DNA of 64,000 bases, from assembly GCA_963662455.3 (NCBI GenBank), contig OZ224042.1, positions 1,727,234-1,791,233 on the forward strand. Direction: 5' to 3'. Origin of the DNA: Acidimicrobiales bacterium. GTDB taxonomy: Bacteria > Actinomycetota > Acidimicrobiia > Acidimicrobiales > Aldehydirespiratoraceae. Made by a program: the position numbers and the translations under genes. Of this stretch, positions 37,087 to 46,700 are shown piece after piece (position 1 is the stretch's first letter; the number at the start of each line of letters is the position of its first letter). Under the pieces are notes generated by a model. It saw only the letters and a program-made list of their open reading frames with translations. It searched no databases and was not told the origin of the DNA.

Positions 37087-38060
37087 CGCCGCTCCACCAG
37101 ATACCTGAAGACAGATTCGAGGTCGTCGTCTGTCGGGACCAGCTCCCGGAGCCGGATTCCGAGTTCAGCCGATACCGCAGCGATGTTCCGGCCGAACTGA
37201 TCGACGTCGAGCGTGTCGATCAACAGGGTGTTCTGCCGCACGGAGGCCCCGTCGACCAGGCCGCGCCCGATGAGCTCTGAGGCGAGCCTGCGCGCATCGT
37301 CTGACAGCACCCTGATGCGGTGGGGACGGTCGTCCATCAGGTCCCGCAGGCGCCGGTAGTCGCCGGACGCAACCAGTCGCCCCTGCGCGATCACGAGCAC
37401 CCTGGAACCGATCCGTGCGACCTCGTCGAGTACATGGCTTGAAACCAGCAGGCACTTGCCGCTGTTGCCGAGGTCGTGGAACAGGCCGATCATGCGGTTG
37501 CGCTGAACCGGATCGAGGCCGGTGAGCGGTTCATCGAGGATCAGCAGGTCAGGATCGTTGACCAACGCTGCGGCCAGCTTCACCCGCTGCCTCATTCCCT
37601 TGGAGTAGTCGCCTATCCGTTTGGGGTCCTCAGGATCCAGGTCAACGTAGGCCAGGCTCTGGCGGGCCTGGGCCGCAGCGTCGGCGACGCCGTGCGTCCT
37701 GCCGGCGAACTCGACGAACTCGAATGCGGAGAACCGCTCCAGCAAGGCGTCCTGCTGGGGAGCGAGCCCGATCGTGCCGCGCACGTTGCGATGCTCACGT
37801 GCATTCTCACCAAGCACCCTCACGGTGCCCCGAGACGGGGCGGTAAGGCCGCACAGGATGCGAAACAGCGTCGACTTGCCGGCACCGTTGAGTCCCAGCA
37901 GGGCGGTCACGCCGGGACCCACCGTGAAACTCACGTCGGAGACCGCGATCACATCACCGAATGCCTTGGTGACGTTCTGCACGTCAACGATCGGAGCGAC
38001 AGGCCGGGGGGGGGGCGGTGGAACCGGTGACGTAGCCGGAGAAGACTCGGACACAGCCAT
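37083..38060 (-). CDS. ABC transporter ATP-binding protein
   Basis: Walker A GLNGAGKST, signature YSKGMRQR, Walker B LLILDEP. The ATG at 38060 shares TGATG with the upstream stop. The N-terminal PPPPP is encoded by a C10 tract (38006-38015). Confidence 0.9.
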   Translation of the reverse strand: MAVSESSPATSPVPPPPPRPVAPIVDVQNVTKAFGDVIAVSDVSFTVGPGVTALLGLNGAGKSTLFRILCGLTAPSRGTVRVLGENAREHRNVRGTIGLAPQQDALLERFSAFEFVEFAGRTHGVADAAAQARQSLAYVDLDPEDPKRIGDYSKGMRQRVKLAAALVNDPDLLILDEPLTGLDPVQRNRMIGLFHDLGNSGKCLLVSSHVLDEVARIGSRVLVIAQGRLVASGDYRRLRDLMDDRPHRIRVLSDDARRLASELIGRGLVDGASVRQNTLLIDTLDVDQFGRNIAAVSAELGIRLRELVPTDDDLESVFRYLVERR

Positions 38061-38935
38061 CAGGTCGCCTTGAGCGTTCGGTACTTGTACCCCACAATGC
38101 AGGCACCAGCCGCGAACCAAGCCGCGGCACCGAGAGCCACCACTGCCGTGTCAATCTCCAACACCGACTGGCCTTCCCCGAGGATCCAAGTCGCCATTTG
38201 AGCCGCCGTGCCCAGAGGATCAAGAAGTCCGTATACGTCTGAGAACTCTGCTGTGTCTACGAGGATGCCACTGACGATCGCCCCGCCGAAGATAACCAGA
38301 ACAACTGTGACACTCGCGAAAGCCCGGCGATCAGTCACGCTGGAACCCGCCATTGAAACCGCCGCCATGACAACCGATATCACCAGGCTGCCCGCAGTCA
38401 ACTGCAAGAATACTCTGAACCATTCCACAACTCCATCGGGTCCGAGACCCACCACCGTGTATCCCAGCAAGGCGATCAGCACCGGCCCGAGCGCAATGAT
38501 CATCATCACTGCCAGCACAGCCAAGACTTTGGCGCCCACATACGAAACCCGAGTCAGTGGTGTCGACAGGTACAACGAGAACATGCCGTCGCGGCGGTCG
38601 CGAACCAGAGCCTCGGGAGCCACCATCGCCGTAAATACCAGAATCGCAGTAACCGAGTAGCCGAACAGATCCGAATAGTGGGCCGGCGGTCCCAGATCAC
38701 GGGCCAGTACGGCGAAGCCCACGAAGACCACAGCCGGCACAACCGCAATCACCACCATGATCACCGGGAAGACCTTGTGACGGGCGGGGCGACCCAAGCC
38801 CAAGATGCTGCGGATCGTCTGCCAAGTCAACGAACGGACTGCACCGGCCACACCGGATCGGGCACCTTCGTACTTGCGGTAACCCCGGTCGTAGATCTCG
38901 GCGCCGTCCGAACTCGACTTTGCGTTGCTGTTCAC
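38060..38935 (-). CDS. ABC-2-type transporter permease
   Basis: 291 aa with six or more hydrophobic segments. Overlaps the neighbouring genes at both ends. Confidence 0.7.
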   Translation of the reverse strand: MNSNAKSSSDGAEIYDRGYRKYEGARSGVAGAVRSLTWQTIRSILGLGRPARHKVFPVIMVVIAVVPAVVFVGFAVLARDLGPPAHYSDLFGYSVTAILVFTAMVAPEALVRDRRDGMFSLYLSTPLTRVSYVGAKVLAVLAVMMIIALGPVLIALLGYTVVGLGPDGVVEWFRVFLQLTAGSLVISVVMAAVSMAGSSVTDRRAFASVTVVLVIFGGAIVSGILVDTAEFSDVYGLLDPLGTAAQMATWILGEGQSVLEIDTAVVALGAAAWFAAGACIVGYKYRTLKAT

Positions 38936-39861
38936 GACGTCCCCAACGAGAAGAGATCTTCGAGACGACGCCGGCGACGCTCGATACGAATGACTCTGGC
39001 GTTCGCATCGGCAACTGCGTCACGCACCAGGTCGGCGACCAGATCGGCGTCGGGTCCTATTACTTCCACGCGAGACGCCACTTCGCCGTGACGGACGTCG
39101 AGGCCGGACTCAGACAACTGGCTCACCACATCGTTGAAGGCATCAGGCCGATCAGCAATCTCTACCAGTTCGATCACTACGCCCTGCTCATCTCCGATGA
39201 GGTCGGTGAGCCGCCCCTGAGCGACGAGTTGGCCGGCGTCGAGGGCCACGATGTGGTCGCAGATCCGTTCGACCTCTTCAAGCAGGTGCGATGAGAGCAT
39301 CACATCGATTCCGTATTCACGGCTGACCTGACGGATCAGCGACAGCATCTCGTCGCGCTGTACCGGGTCGAGCCCGTCGGTCGGCTCGTCCAACAGCAAC
39401 AGTGAGGGATCGGAGGCAATGGCCTGAGCAAGCTTCACTCGCTGGCGTTGACCAGTAGACATGGTTCCCAGGGCCCTCGCCCGCTCCTCCCCCAGCCCGA
39501 CCAGCCAAAGCGCATCGCTGGCACGGCCCCTGGCTTCGTTGCGAGGCATGCCTCGTACTTCAGCCATGTGCTTCACAAAGTCCGAGGCGGGCATGTCCTC
39601 CGGTACAACATTGCGCTCCGGCCCGTAGCCGATCTGCGCACGCAACTCTGCGCCGTCGGTTCGCGGATCAAGTCCGAGGACCCGTGTTTGCCCTGCGGTC
39701 GGCGTTCGCAGACCCAACACCAGGCTCATCAGTGTGGTCTTGCCTGCGCCGTTGGCCCCCACCAGGCCGGTCACGCCGCTGTGCACGTCAACGTTGAGCG
39801 AGTCGAGCGCACGATATTCACCGAACTTCATCGTCAGACCGTTCGTCGTGATAATGCTCAT
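38932..39861 (-). CDS. ABC transporter ATP-binding protein
   Basis: Walker A GANGAGKTT, signature MSTGQRQR, Walker B LLLLDEP. Confidence 0.9.
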   Translation of the reverse strand: MSIITTNGLTMKFGEYRALDSLNVDVHSGVTGLVGANGAGKTTLMSLVLGLRTPTAGQTRVLGLDPRTDGAELRAQIGYGPERNVVPEDMPASDFVKHMAEVRGMPRNEARGRASDALWLVGLGEERARALGTMSTGQRQRVKLAQAIASDPSLLLLDEPTDGLDPVQRDEMLSLIRQVSREYGIDVMLSSHLLEEVERICDHIVALDAGQLVAQGRLTDLIGDEQGVVIELVEIADRPDAFNDVVSQLSESGLDVRHGEVASRVEVIGPDADLVADLVRDAVADANARVIRIERRRRRLEDLFSLGTS

Positions 39862-39934
39862 CGGACCTTCACTATACGTTATTTGACGGGCAGTACGCGG
39901 ATTGACTGTAGCACGCTGATTGGACGGGCGAGGA

Positions 39935-41971
39935 TCAGACGAGCAACGCGTCAGTCATGACTTCAACGACCGCTGGTCCTTCGTAGGCTATTGACTCAGC
40001 AATCGCCGAGGGCAACTCTTCGAGTTCGGTGACCCGAATGCCCTTGGCCCCGCAGAGTTCAGCTAATTGCCCAAAGTCCGGATTGTGCAGCGACGTCTGC
40101 CAGACATCGAAATCGGCTGCTCGCTGCTCTTTGGAGATCTTGCCGAGTTCGTTGTTGTTCATCAGCACATGGGTGATGTTCATGCCGTACTTCACCGCGG
40201 TGGTCAGTTCCATGGCGTACTGTCCGAAACCCCCGTCGCCGGAAACGGACACAACCGGCCGGTCTGCGTATTCCTGCCGGCTTCGGGTAGCAGCCCAACA
40301 GCCCATAGCTGCGGGCAACGAAAAGCCGATCGATCCGAGGTAACCCGACATCAACACGGTTTGTGCCTGCACTTCGAAGTAGCGGCCGAAAGAGTAGGTG
40401 TTGTTTCCGACGTCCACCGGCATGATGGCGTTGGCCGGCACACATCTGCTGAGTGCATCGAACAACGCTGCCGCGTTGATCCCTGCACCGCGGTCGTCTC
40501 GGCGACGGCCGGCCTTCTCGTTGCGCCAAATCTCCCAGCGTTGTGCAACTTCTGCTGCAGCACCGCTACGGGTGGTCCCTTCTGCGGAGAGTCCCGAAGC
40601 CGACCCTTCCAGTCTTTCACGCAGAGCTTCGGCGACCACCCCGACATGTCCCTGCACCGGAACCGTCACTGGATGGAAGCGGCCCAGGGCCATGGGATCG
40701 AAATCAACCTGCACGATCGGTTTGTAGTCGGCGATTCCTGTGTGATTCGCGAACGACACCCCGAACGCCACGATCATGTCGGACTCGTTCATGAACCAAC
40801 TCGCCACGGGAGTACCGGATCGGCCGAGGACTCCTACCGCGAGGTGATGCCGATCTGATATCAAGCCTTTTGCTTTGAAGGTGGTGGCGACCGGCGCATC
40901 GACGGCTTCAGCAAAAGCGACGATCTCGTTGATACCGTCGCGCGCACCGTTGCCGAGGATTACCAGGGGCCGGTCAGCGGCTGAAACCGCTTCGGCGGCT
41001 GAGCGCAACGCCTGTGTCGGCGGGGCTATTCCACGATCACCGCTACGACCCTGCGGAGATCCCGCACGGGCGGTCTGTGGAGCTGCAAGCACCTGTACCT
41101 CGTCGGGCAGCACCAAATGAGCCACGTCGCGTTCAACTATCGCCGTTTTGCATGCCAAGGTCATCAACTCACCATGGTCAGAGGTCGCCTGCACAGTTTG
41201 GGAATAGCGGGCGACGTCAGCGAACGCCGCGGCGAGGTCGGTGTCTTGAAAAGCGCCTCGCCCGCGGACTCTGCTGGGAACTTGACCGCATATCGCAAGC
41301 ACCGGCGCCCGATCTGTCTTGGCGTCGTACAGTCCGGTCATGAGGTTGGTCGATCCAGGGCCGGCGATCGCGAAACAGCATGCGAGCCCGCCGGTGAGCT
41401 TGCCGTAGGCGACCGCCGCGAACGAGGCCGCTCCCTCATGGCGGACACCGATGAAGGAGACGTCTCCACGCTCCTCGGCAGCACGTAACGCATCGGCAAA
41501 TCCGAGATTCGAATGTCCGACCATCCCAAAGACGTGTGTAACGCCCCAGTTGACCATCGTTTCAACCATCACATCAGAGACACTTCGCGGACGCACTGTT
41601 TCGACGGGCAACGCAACATACACAGCGTCGTCGCGGACCTCTGTGCGAAACGCAGCAGGGGCGTCGGAGAATGCGCCGGGTGGTTTTCCGTTCTTGGGCG
41701 AGTAGTCGTAACCGTGCCAGGGACAGCGGAGCCATCCCCCCTCGATGGATCCTTCGCCGAGCGGACCGGCCTGGTGCGGGCAGGCGTTGGCCAAACAGCC
41801 GTAGCCGCCTTCGGGGGTGCGGGTTACACAGAGGCTCTCGTGACCGACAGTGACCGTGGAGACCCGGTCTTGGGGCAACTCTTCAAGACCCATGAGCCGG
41901 TGCCACGAGAACTCGCCTTGTGGTAGAGGAGGTTCCTCGATCGACGGTCGCTCTGCAGTCGGATCGTTCAC
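39935..41971 (-). CDS. Rieske [2Fe-2S] domain fused to a thiamine-diphosphate enzyme (acetolactate synthase/pyruvate oxidase-like)
   Basis: CPH-x16-CPWH in the first 120 aa. This is followed by TPP-enzyme N, central and C domains, with GDGGFGQY...NNNELG. The GTG start overlaps the upstream stop (GTGA). Confidence 0.85.
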   Translation of the reverse strand: MNDPTAERPSIEEPPLPQGEFSWHRLMGLEELPQDRVSTVTVGHESLCVTRTPEGGYGCLANACPHQAGPLGEGSIEGGWLRCPWHGYDYSPKNGKPPGAFSDAPAAFRTEVRDDAVYVALPVETVRPRSVSDVMVETMVNWGVTHVFGMVGHSNLGFADALRAAEERGDVSFIGVRHEGAASFAAVAYGKLTGGLACCFAIAGPGSTNLMTGLYDAKTDRAPVLAICGQVPSRVRGRGAFQDTDLAAAFADVARYSQTVQATSDHGELMTLACKTAIVERDVAHLVLPDEVQVLAAPQTARAGSPQGRSGDRGIAPPTQALRSAAEAVSAADRPLVILGNGARDGINEIVAFAEAVDAPVATTFKAKGLISDRHHLAVGVLGRSGTPVASWFMNESDMIVAFGVSFANHTGIADYKPIVQVDFDPMALGRFHPVTVPVQGHVGVVAEALRERLEGSASGLSAEGTTRSGAAAEVAQRWEIWRNEKAGRRRDDRGAGINAAALFDALSRCVPANAIMPVDVGNNTYSFGRYFEVQAQTVLMSGYLGSIGFSLPAAMGCWAATRSRQEYADRPVVSVSGDGGFGQYAMELTTAVKYGMNITHVLMNNNELGKISKEQRAADFDVWQTSLHNPDFGQLAELCGAKGIRVTELEELPSAIAESIAYEGPAVVEVMTDALLV

Positions 41972-43578
41972 TTTGCTGCTCCTCCGTAGGCGATTCCGGT
42001 GAGTTGGGCCATGTCCGAGTCGAAGGTGGTGAGATCGTCGGTGCAGAACTCACTGAGGTGGGTGTGTCCGCACGCGCGCGCCAGTACTCCCATGAGTTCG
42101 GTGCTCGCAGAAAAAAACCGTTCGAGGCGGTGCGCTGCCTCTTCTACGGGAAGGCGGGCCTGCAGTTCAGGTTTTTGAGTGGCGATCCCCACCGGACAGT
42201 TGTTCGTCGAGCATGCTCGCATGCCGATGCAACCAATGGCTTGCATGGCCGAGTTGGAGACGGCCACTGCGTCAGCGCCAAGCGCCAGCGCTTTTGCGAA
42301 GTCGGTGTGGGTCCTGAGCCCACCTGTTACGACCAGGGTGACGTCTCGGCGGCCCCGAGAGTCGAGATGTCGTCGTGCCCGTGCCAGAGCTGGAATCGTC
42401 GGCACTGAAATATGGTCGCGGAAGACCACCGGTGCGGCGCCGGTTCCCCCGCCTCGGCCGTCGAGGATTATGTAGTCGACCCCGATCCGGAGTGCCGCGT
42501 CGATGTCGTCCTCGATGTGTTGGGCCGACATCTTCACCCCGATCGGTATGCCACCGCTGACTTCCCTGACTTGTTCGGCGAACCGTCGATAATCGTCTTC
42601 GCACTCGAACTCCACGAACGTGGACGGGGAGACGGCATCGGTGCCCGGTGTCAGGCCCCGGACCTCGGCGATTCTGCCTTGGACTTTGATTCCCGGCAGA
42701 TGCCCCCCTGTGCCTGTTTTGGCGCCTTGGCCGACTTTGAAGTGAAAGGCCTGCACATCGGCGACCTTGTCGATCGACCAGCCGAACTTCCCGCTCGCCA
42801 ACTCGTAGAAATAGCGCGAGTTCTCAGCCTTCTCCTCGGGCAGCATTCCGCCTTCCCCTGAGCAGATCCCGGTTCCTGCCAGTTCTGCCCCGCGTGCCAG
42901 CGCCACTTTGGCTTGTTGCGACAGTGCTCCGAAGCTCATGTCGCTGACAAACATCGGGATTTCGAGGTGCAGCGGTTTGTCTGCGTTCCTGCCGATGGTC
43001 ACCCCAGTTCCCACTTCCACATCATCGAGCAGGGGTTTGCGTGCCAGTTGGGCTGTCACGATCTGGATGTCATCCCATTTTGGGAGCAGGTTTCGCTCTA
43101 CACCCATGGACACGACTGGTCCGTGGTGGCCGAGGTAGTCCAACCCTTCGTTGGCCAACCTTCTGATCAGCCCCACATGAGGTTCAGCCGGTTCTCCGTG
43201 GGGATCTTGGTATACGCCTTGGTAGGAGTCCCTGTCGAAAGGTTGAGGATGTTCTTTTGCCCAGGCTTGGATCTCGTCGAGGTCGACCAATAGATCATCG
43301 CCTTCAACCCACGACGCGAACTTGGCGAGCCGCTCGGTGTTGTCGTAACTCGACACGCCTGTATGGAAGACATAATCCCATCCATGGAGTCCGCAGACCA
43401 GGTTGTCACCGCTGACCGAACCGTCTGCCATCAACGCGCCCCGGTGCAGACAGCGCCCGTACAGCACCGAGTGGTTGTCGTCGAAACGTACGATCACCAG
43501 ATCCACCTCGTCGACCAGGGCCCCGACCGGTTCACGATCAGGTACCTCTGACCAAGTAGCGATCTTCACAGGGCGCAT
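41968..43578 (-). CDS. Rieske-like domain fused to a glutamate-synthase-type FMN domain (GltS domain 2-like)
   Basis: CLH-x16-CGLH N-terminal. This is followed by GEGGMLPEE...GAKTGTGGHLPG...DGRGGGTGAAP, typical of FMN-binding glutamate synthase family proteins. ATG at 43578 has GGAGGAG 6 nt upstream. Confidence 0.85.
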   Translation of the reverse strand: MRPVKIATWSEVPDREPVGALVDEVDLVIVRFDDNHSVLYGRCLHRGALMADGSVSGDNLVCGLHGWDYVFHTGVSSYDNTERLAKFASWVEGDDLLVDLDEIQAWAKEHPQPFDRDSYQGVYQDPHGEPAEPHVGLIRRLANEGLDYLGHHGPVVSMGVERNLLPKWDDIQIVTAQLARKPLLDDVEVGTGVTIGRNADKPLHLEIPMFVSDMSFGALSQQAKVALARGAELAGTGICSGEGGMLPEEKAENSRYFYELASGKFGWSIDKVADVQAFHFKVGQGAKTGTGGHLPGIKVQGRIAEVRGLTPGTDAVSPSTFVEFECEDDYRRFAEQVREVSGGIPIGVKMSAQHIEDDIDAALRIGVDYIILDGRGGGTGAAPVVFRDHISVPTIPALARARRHLDSRGRRDVTLVVTGGLRTHTDFAKALALGADAVAVSNSAMQAIGCIGMRACSTNNCPVGIATQKPELQARLPVEEAAHRLERFFSASTELMGVLARACGHTHLSEFCTDDLTTFDSDMAQLTGIAYGGAAK

Positions 43579-43774
43579 ATCTGCTCCTCCATCGTCCAAT
43601 CCAATTCTAGTCCCACAGAATCGCACCACTCTGTCACGTTCTGCTCCGGAACTCGCACAAACTCGAGTAGCCGCTCAATCTCCCGAGACGGCCGGTCGTG
43701 CTTGGCTTGGGCACGGCGGGGACAGAACTTCCCACTGCGGACAGCCTCAGATGGCATCGCTTGAGATGTCCGGG

Positions 43775-46700
43775 TTAGTCGTCGTCGGTGATGGTTCCGG
43801 TGGCGGTGCCTTTGCCGTCTTCGATGGTGGCGCCTCGGGGGTTGGTGAGCTCGACGGTGAAGTACTCGTCTGGCTCTGAGCGGTAGTCGTCGATGAGCCA
43901 CACGGTCACGGTCTGTTCGGTCTGGCCGGGCGTGAACACTACTGTGTAGTCGCGGGTCTGGTAGTCGAGCCACATGTGGGCGCGGCCTGTCAGGCCCCGC
44001 CAGTTCCAGGTCGTGAACCGGACCCGCACCTCCTCGCTCGAAGCCTCTGACAACCTCACCGTGAAATCAACGGCCCATGACCCTTCAGAACCTGCAGCGT
44101 CCTCGACTGACACTGTCACCGAACTCACCGGGGGCGGATCGTCGTTGTCGGCGACATTCACGGTGCCTGTTCCCTGCGTATTAGACACCGTGTAACCACC
44201 ACCGCCGGTGTTCACCGTCACAGTCACCGAACCGTCCAACTCGTCAACCGAATCATCAGAAGTCCCGATCGTCAAGGTGACCGAGCCTGTAGTCGGGACT
44301 GTGACCGTGCGACTGCCCGTGACAGCCCCGAACGCGCCGCTCTGGGAGACTGTGACCGTCACCGGCAGGTCAGCTGTCGGCGCGGGGGCCGCGGTGAGCG
44401 TGAACGAAGCGCTGGTGCCTTCGGTCACGCCTGGCCCGGCGGTGATGCTCACCACCGGTATCGGCGGATCGTCGTCGTCGGACACCGCGACGGTGCCCGC
44501 ACCCTGTGTGTTGGACACGGTGTAGCCGCTGCCGGTATTGACCGTGGCGGTGACCGAACCGTCCAACTCGTCAACTGAGTCGTCGGTAGTGGCGACGGTG
44601 AACGACACGCTGCCGCCCGACGGGACCGTGACCGTCCGGGAGCCCGTGACAGCCCCGAACGCTCCGCTCTGGGAGACTGTGACCGTCACCGGCAAGTCCG
44701 CTGCCGGCGCGGGGGCCGCGGTGAGCGTGAACGAAGCAGCACCGCCTTCGGTGACGCCTAGCCCGGCGGTGATGCTCACCACCGGTATCGGCGGATCGTC
44801 ATCGTCAGACACATTCACGGTGCCCGCACCCTGAGTGTTCGACACGGTGTAGCCGCTGCCGGTATTGACCGTGACGGTGACCGAACCGTCCAACTCGTCA
44901 ACTGAGTCGTCGGTAGTGGCGACGGTGAACGACACGCTGCCGCCCGACGGGACAGTGACCGTCCGACTGCCCGTGACAGCACCGTAATCACCGTCGGCGC
45001 CGACGGTCACGGTCACCGGCAGATCCGCTGCCGGCGCAGGGACCGCGGTGAGCGTGAACGAAGCGTTGGTGCCTTCGGTGACGCCTGGCCCGGCGGTGAT
45101 GCTCACCACCGGTATCGGCGGATCGTCATCGTCGGACACCGCGACCGTGCCTGTTCCCTGTGTGTTGGACACGGTGTAGCCGCTGCCGGTATTGACCGTG
45201 GCGGTGACCGAACCGTCCAACTCGTCAACTGAGTCGTCGGTAGTGGCGACGGTGAACGACACGCTGCCGCCCGACGGGACCGTGACCGTCCGGGAGCCCG
45301 TGACAGCCCCGAACGCTCCGCTCTGGGAGACTGTGACCGTCACCGGCAAGTCCGCTGCCGGCGCAGGGACCGCGGTGAGCGTGAAGCTGGCAGCACCGCC
45401 CTCGGTGACGCCTGGCCCGGCGGTGATGCTCACCTGCGGGACATCATTGTCCGCAACCGCGACCGTGCCCGCCCCCTGAGTGTTGGACACGGTGTAGCCG
45501 CTGCCGGTATTGACCGTGACGGTGACCGAACCGTCGGTTTCGTCTGCGGAGTCGTCGGTAGTGGCGACGGTGAACGACACGCTGCCGCCCGACGGGACCG
45601 TGACCGTCCGGGGGCCTGTGGGCGCACCGAACGCGCCGTTCTGGGAGACTGTGACCGTCACCGGCAAGTCCGCTGCGGGCGCAGGGACCGCGGTGAGCGT
45701 GAAGCTGGCAGCACCGCCCTCGGTCACGCCTGGCCCGGCGGTGATGCTCACCTGCGGGTCCGGTATGACGACGGGCGCGACCGGGTCGTCGTCGTCGGTC
45801 ACGTCCACGGATCCTGACGCGTTCGCGCCGACCGTGTAACCGCTGCCCGCGTCGACCGTGAGTGTCACTGTCCCGTCGGGCTCATCGGTCGAGTCGCCCG
45901 TCGTGGCGATGCTCACCGTCGCGGTGCCGCCTGTAGGGATCGTCACCGTGACCGGCGTCGGGCCGTAACCGAAATCACCCGACGTGACCACGCTGACGTC
46001 CACGTCCAGATCCGCTGCGGGGGCGGGAGCGGCGGTCAGCGTGAAACTGACCGTAGTACCCTCGGTCCCGCCGGCCGAACTCAAAATACTCACCACAGGC
46101 ACCACCGGCGGCGGATCAGCCGTCGCGGCGGCTTCGATCAGCCTCAACTGCGCGGCGACCTGATCCCAACCCGACCAGACATTGGCATACACCTGCGCCC
46201 CCGCAGCCGTCAACGGCTCCAGATTGGGGTAGTCCCCGTCGCCGAACGCCTCCAACACACGCTTCCAACGGTTCACGTGCTTCACACCCCGATACGTCTC
46301 GGCGGCCTTGCTGCGCGCCGTCGCCAAAACCTGCGCATCGACCTGCACGCTCCCCCGCGCCGGCGGCGGCTGCGGGTTCACCGCGTCCAACGCCACCATA
46401 TGGGCCAGCACCGGAACCCACCGCGGCCGCCCGATGTCCACATGCACCCTCGCCTCGTCGAGCGTCGTCGGCACCAAACCCGCATAATCCTCCAACCCGA
46501 ACGCCTCCAAAACACGCTTCCAACGCGTCACGTGCAACACCCCGTGATGAACCTCCGCCGCATAACTGCGCACATCAGCCTCCAACTGCGCACCCAGCAC
46601 CGGCCCGGTCGGCGCATCATTGTCGGCAACCGCGACTGTGCCCGTCCCGTGCGTGTTCGACACCGTGTAGCCGCTGCCGGTATTGACCGTGGCGGTGACC

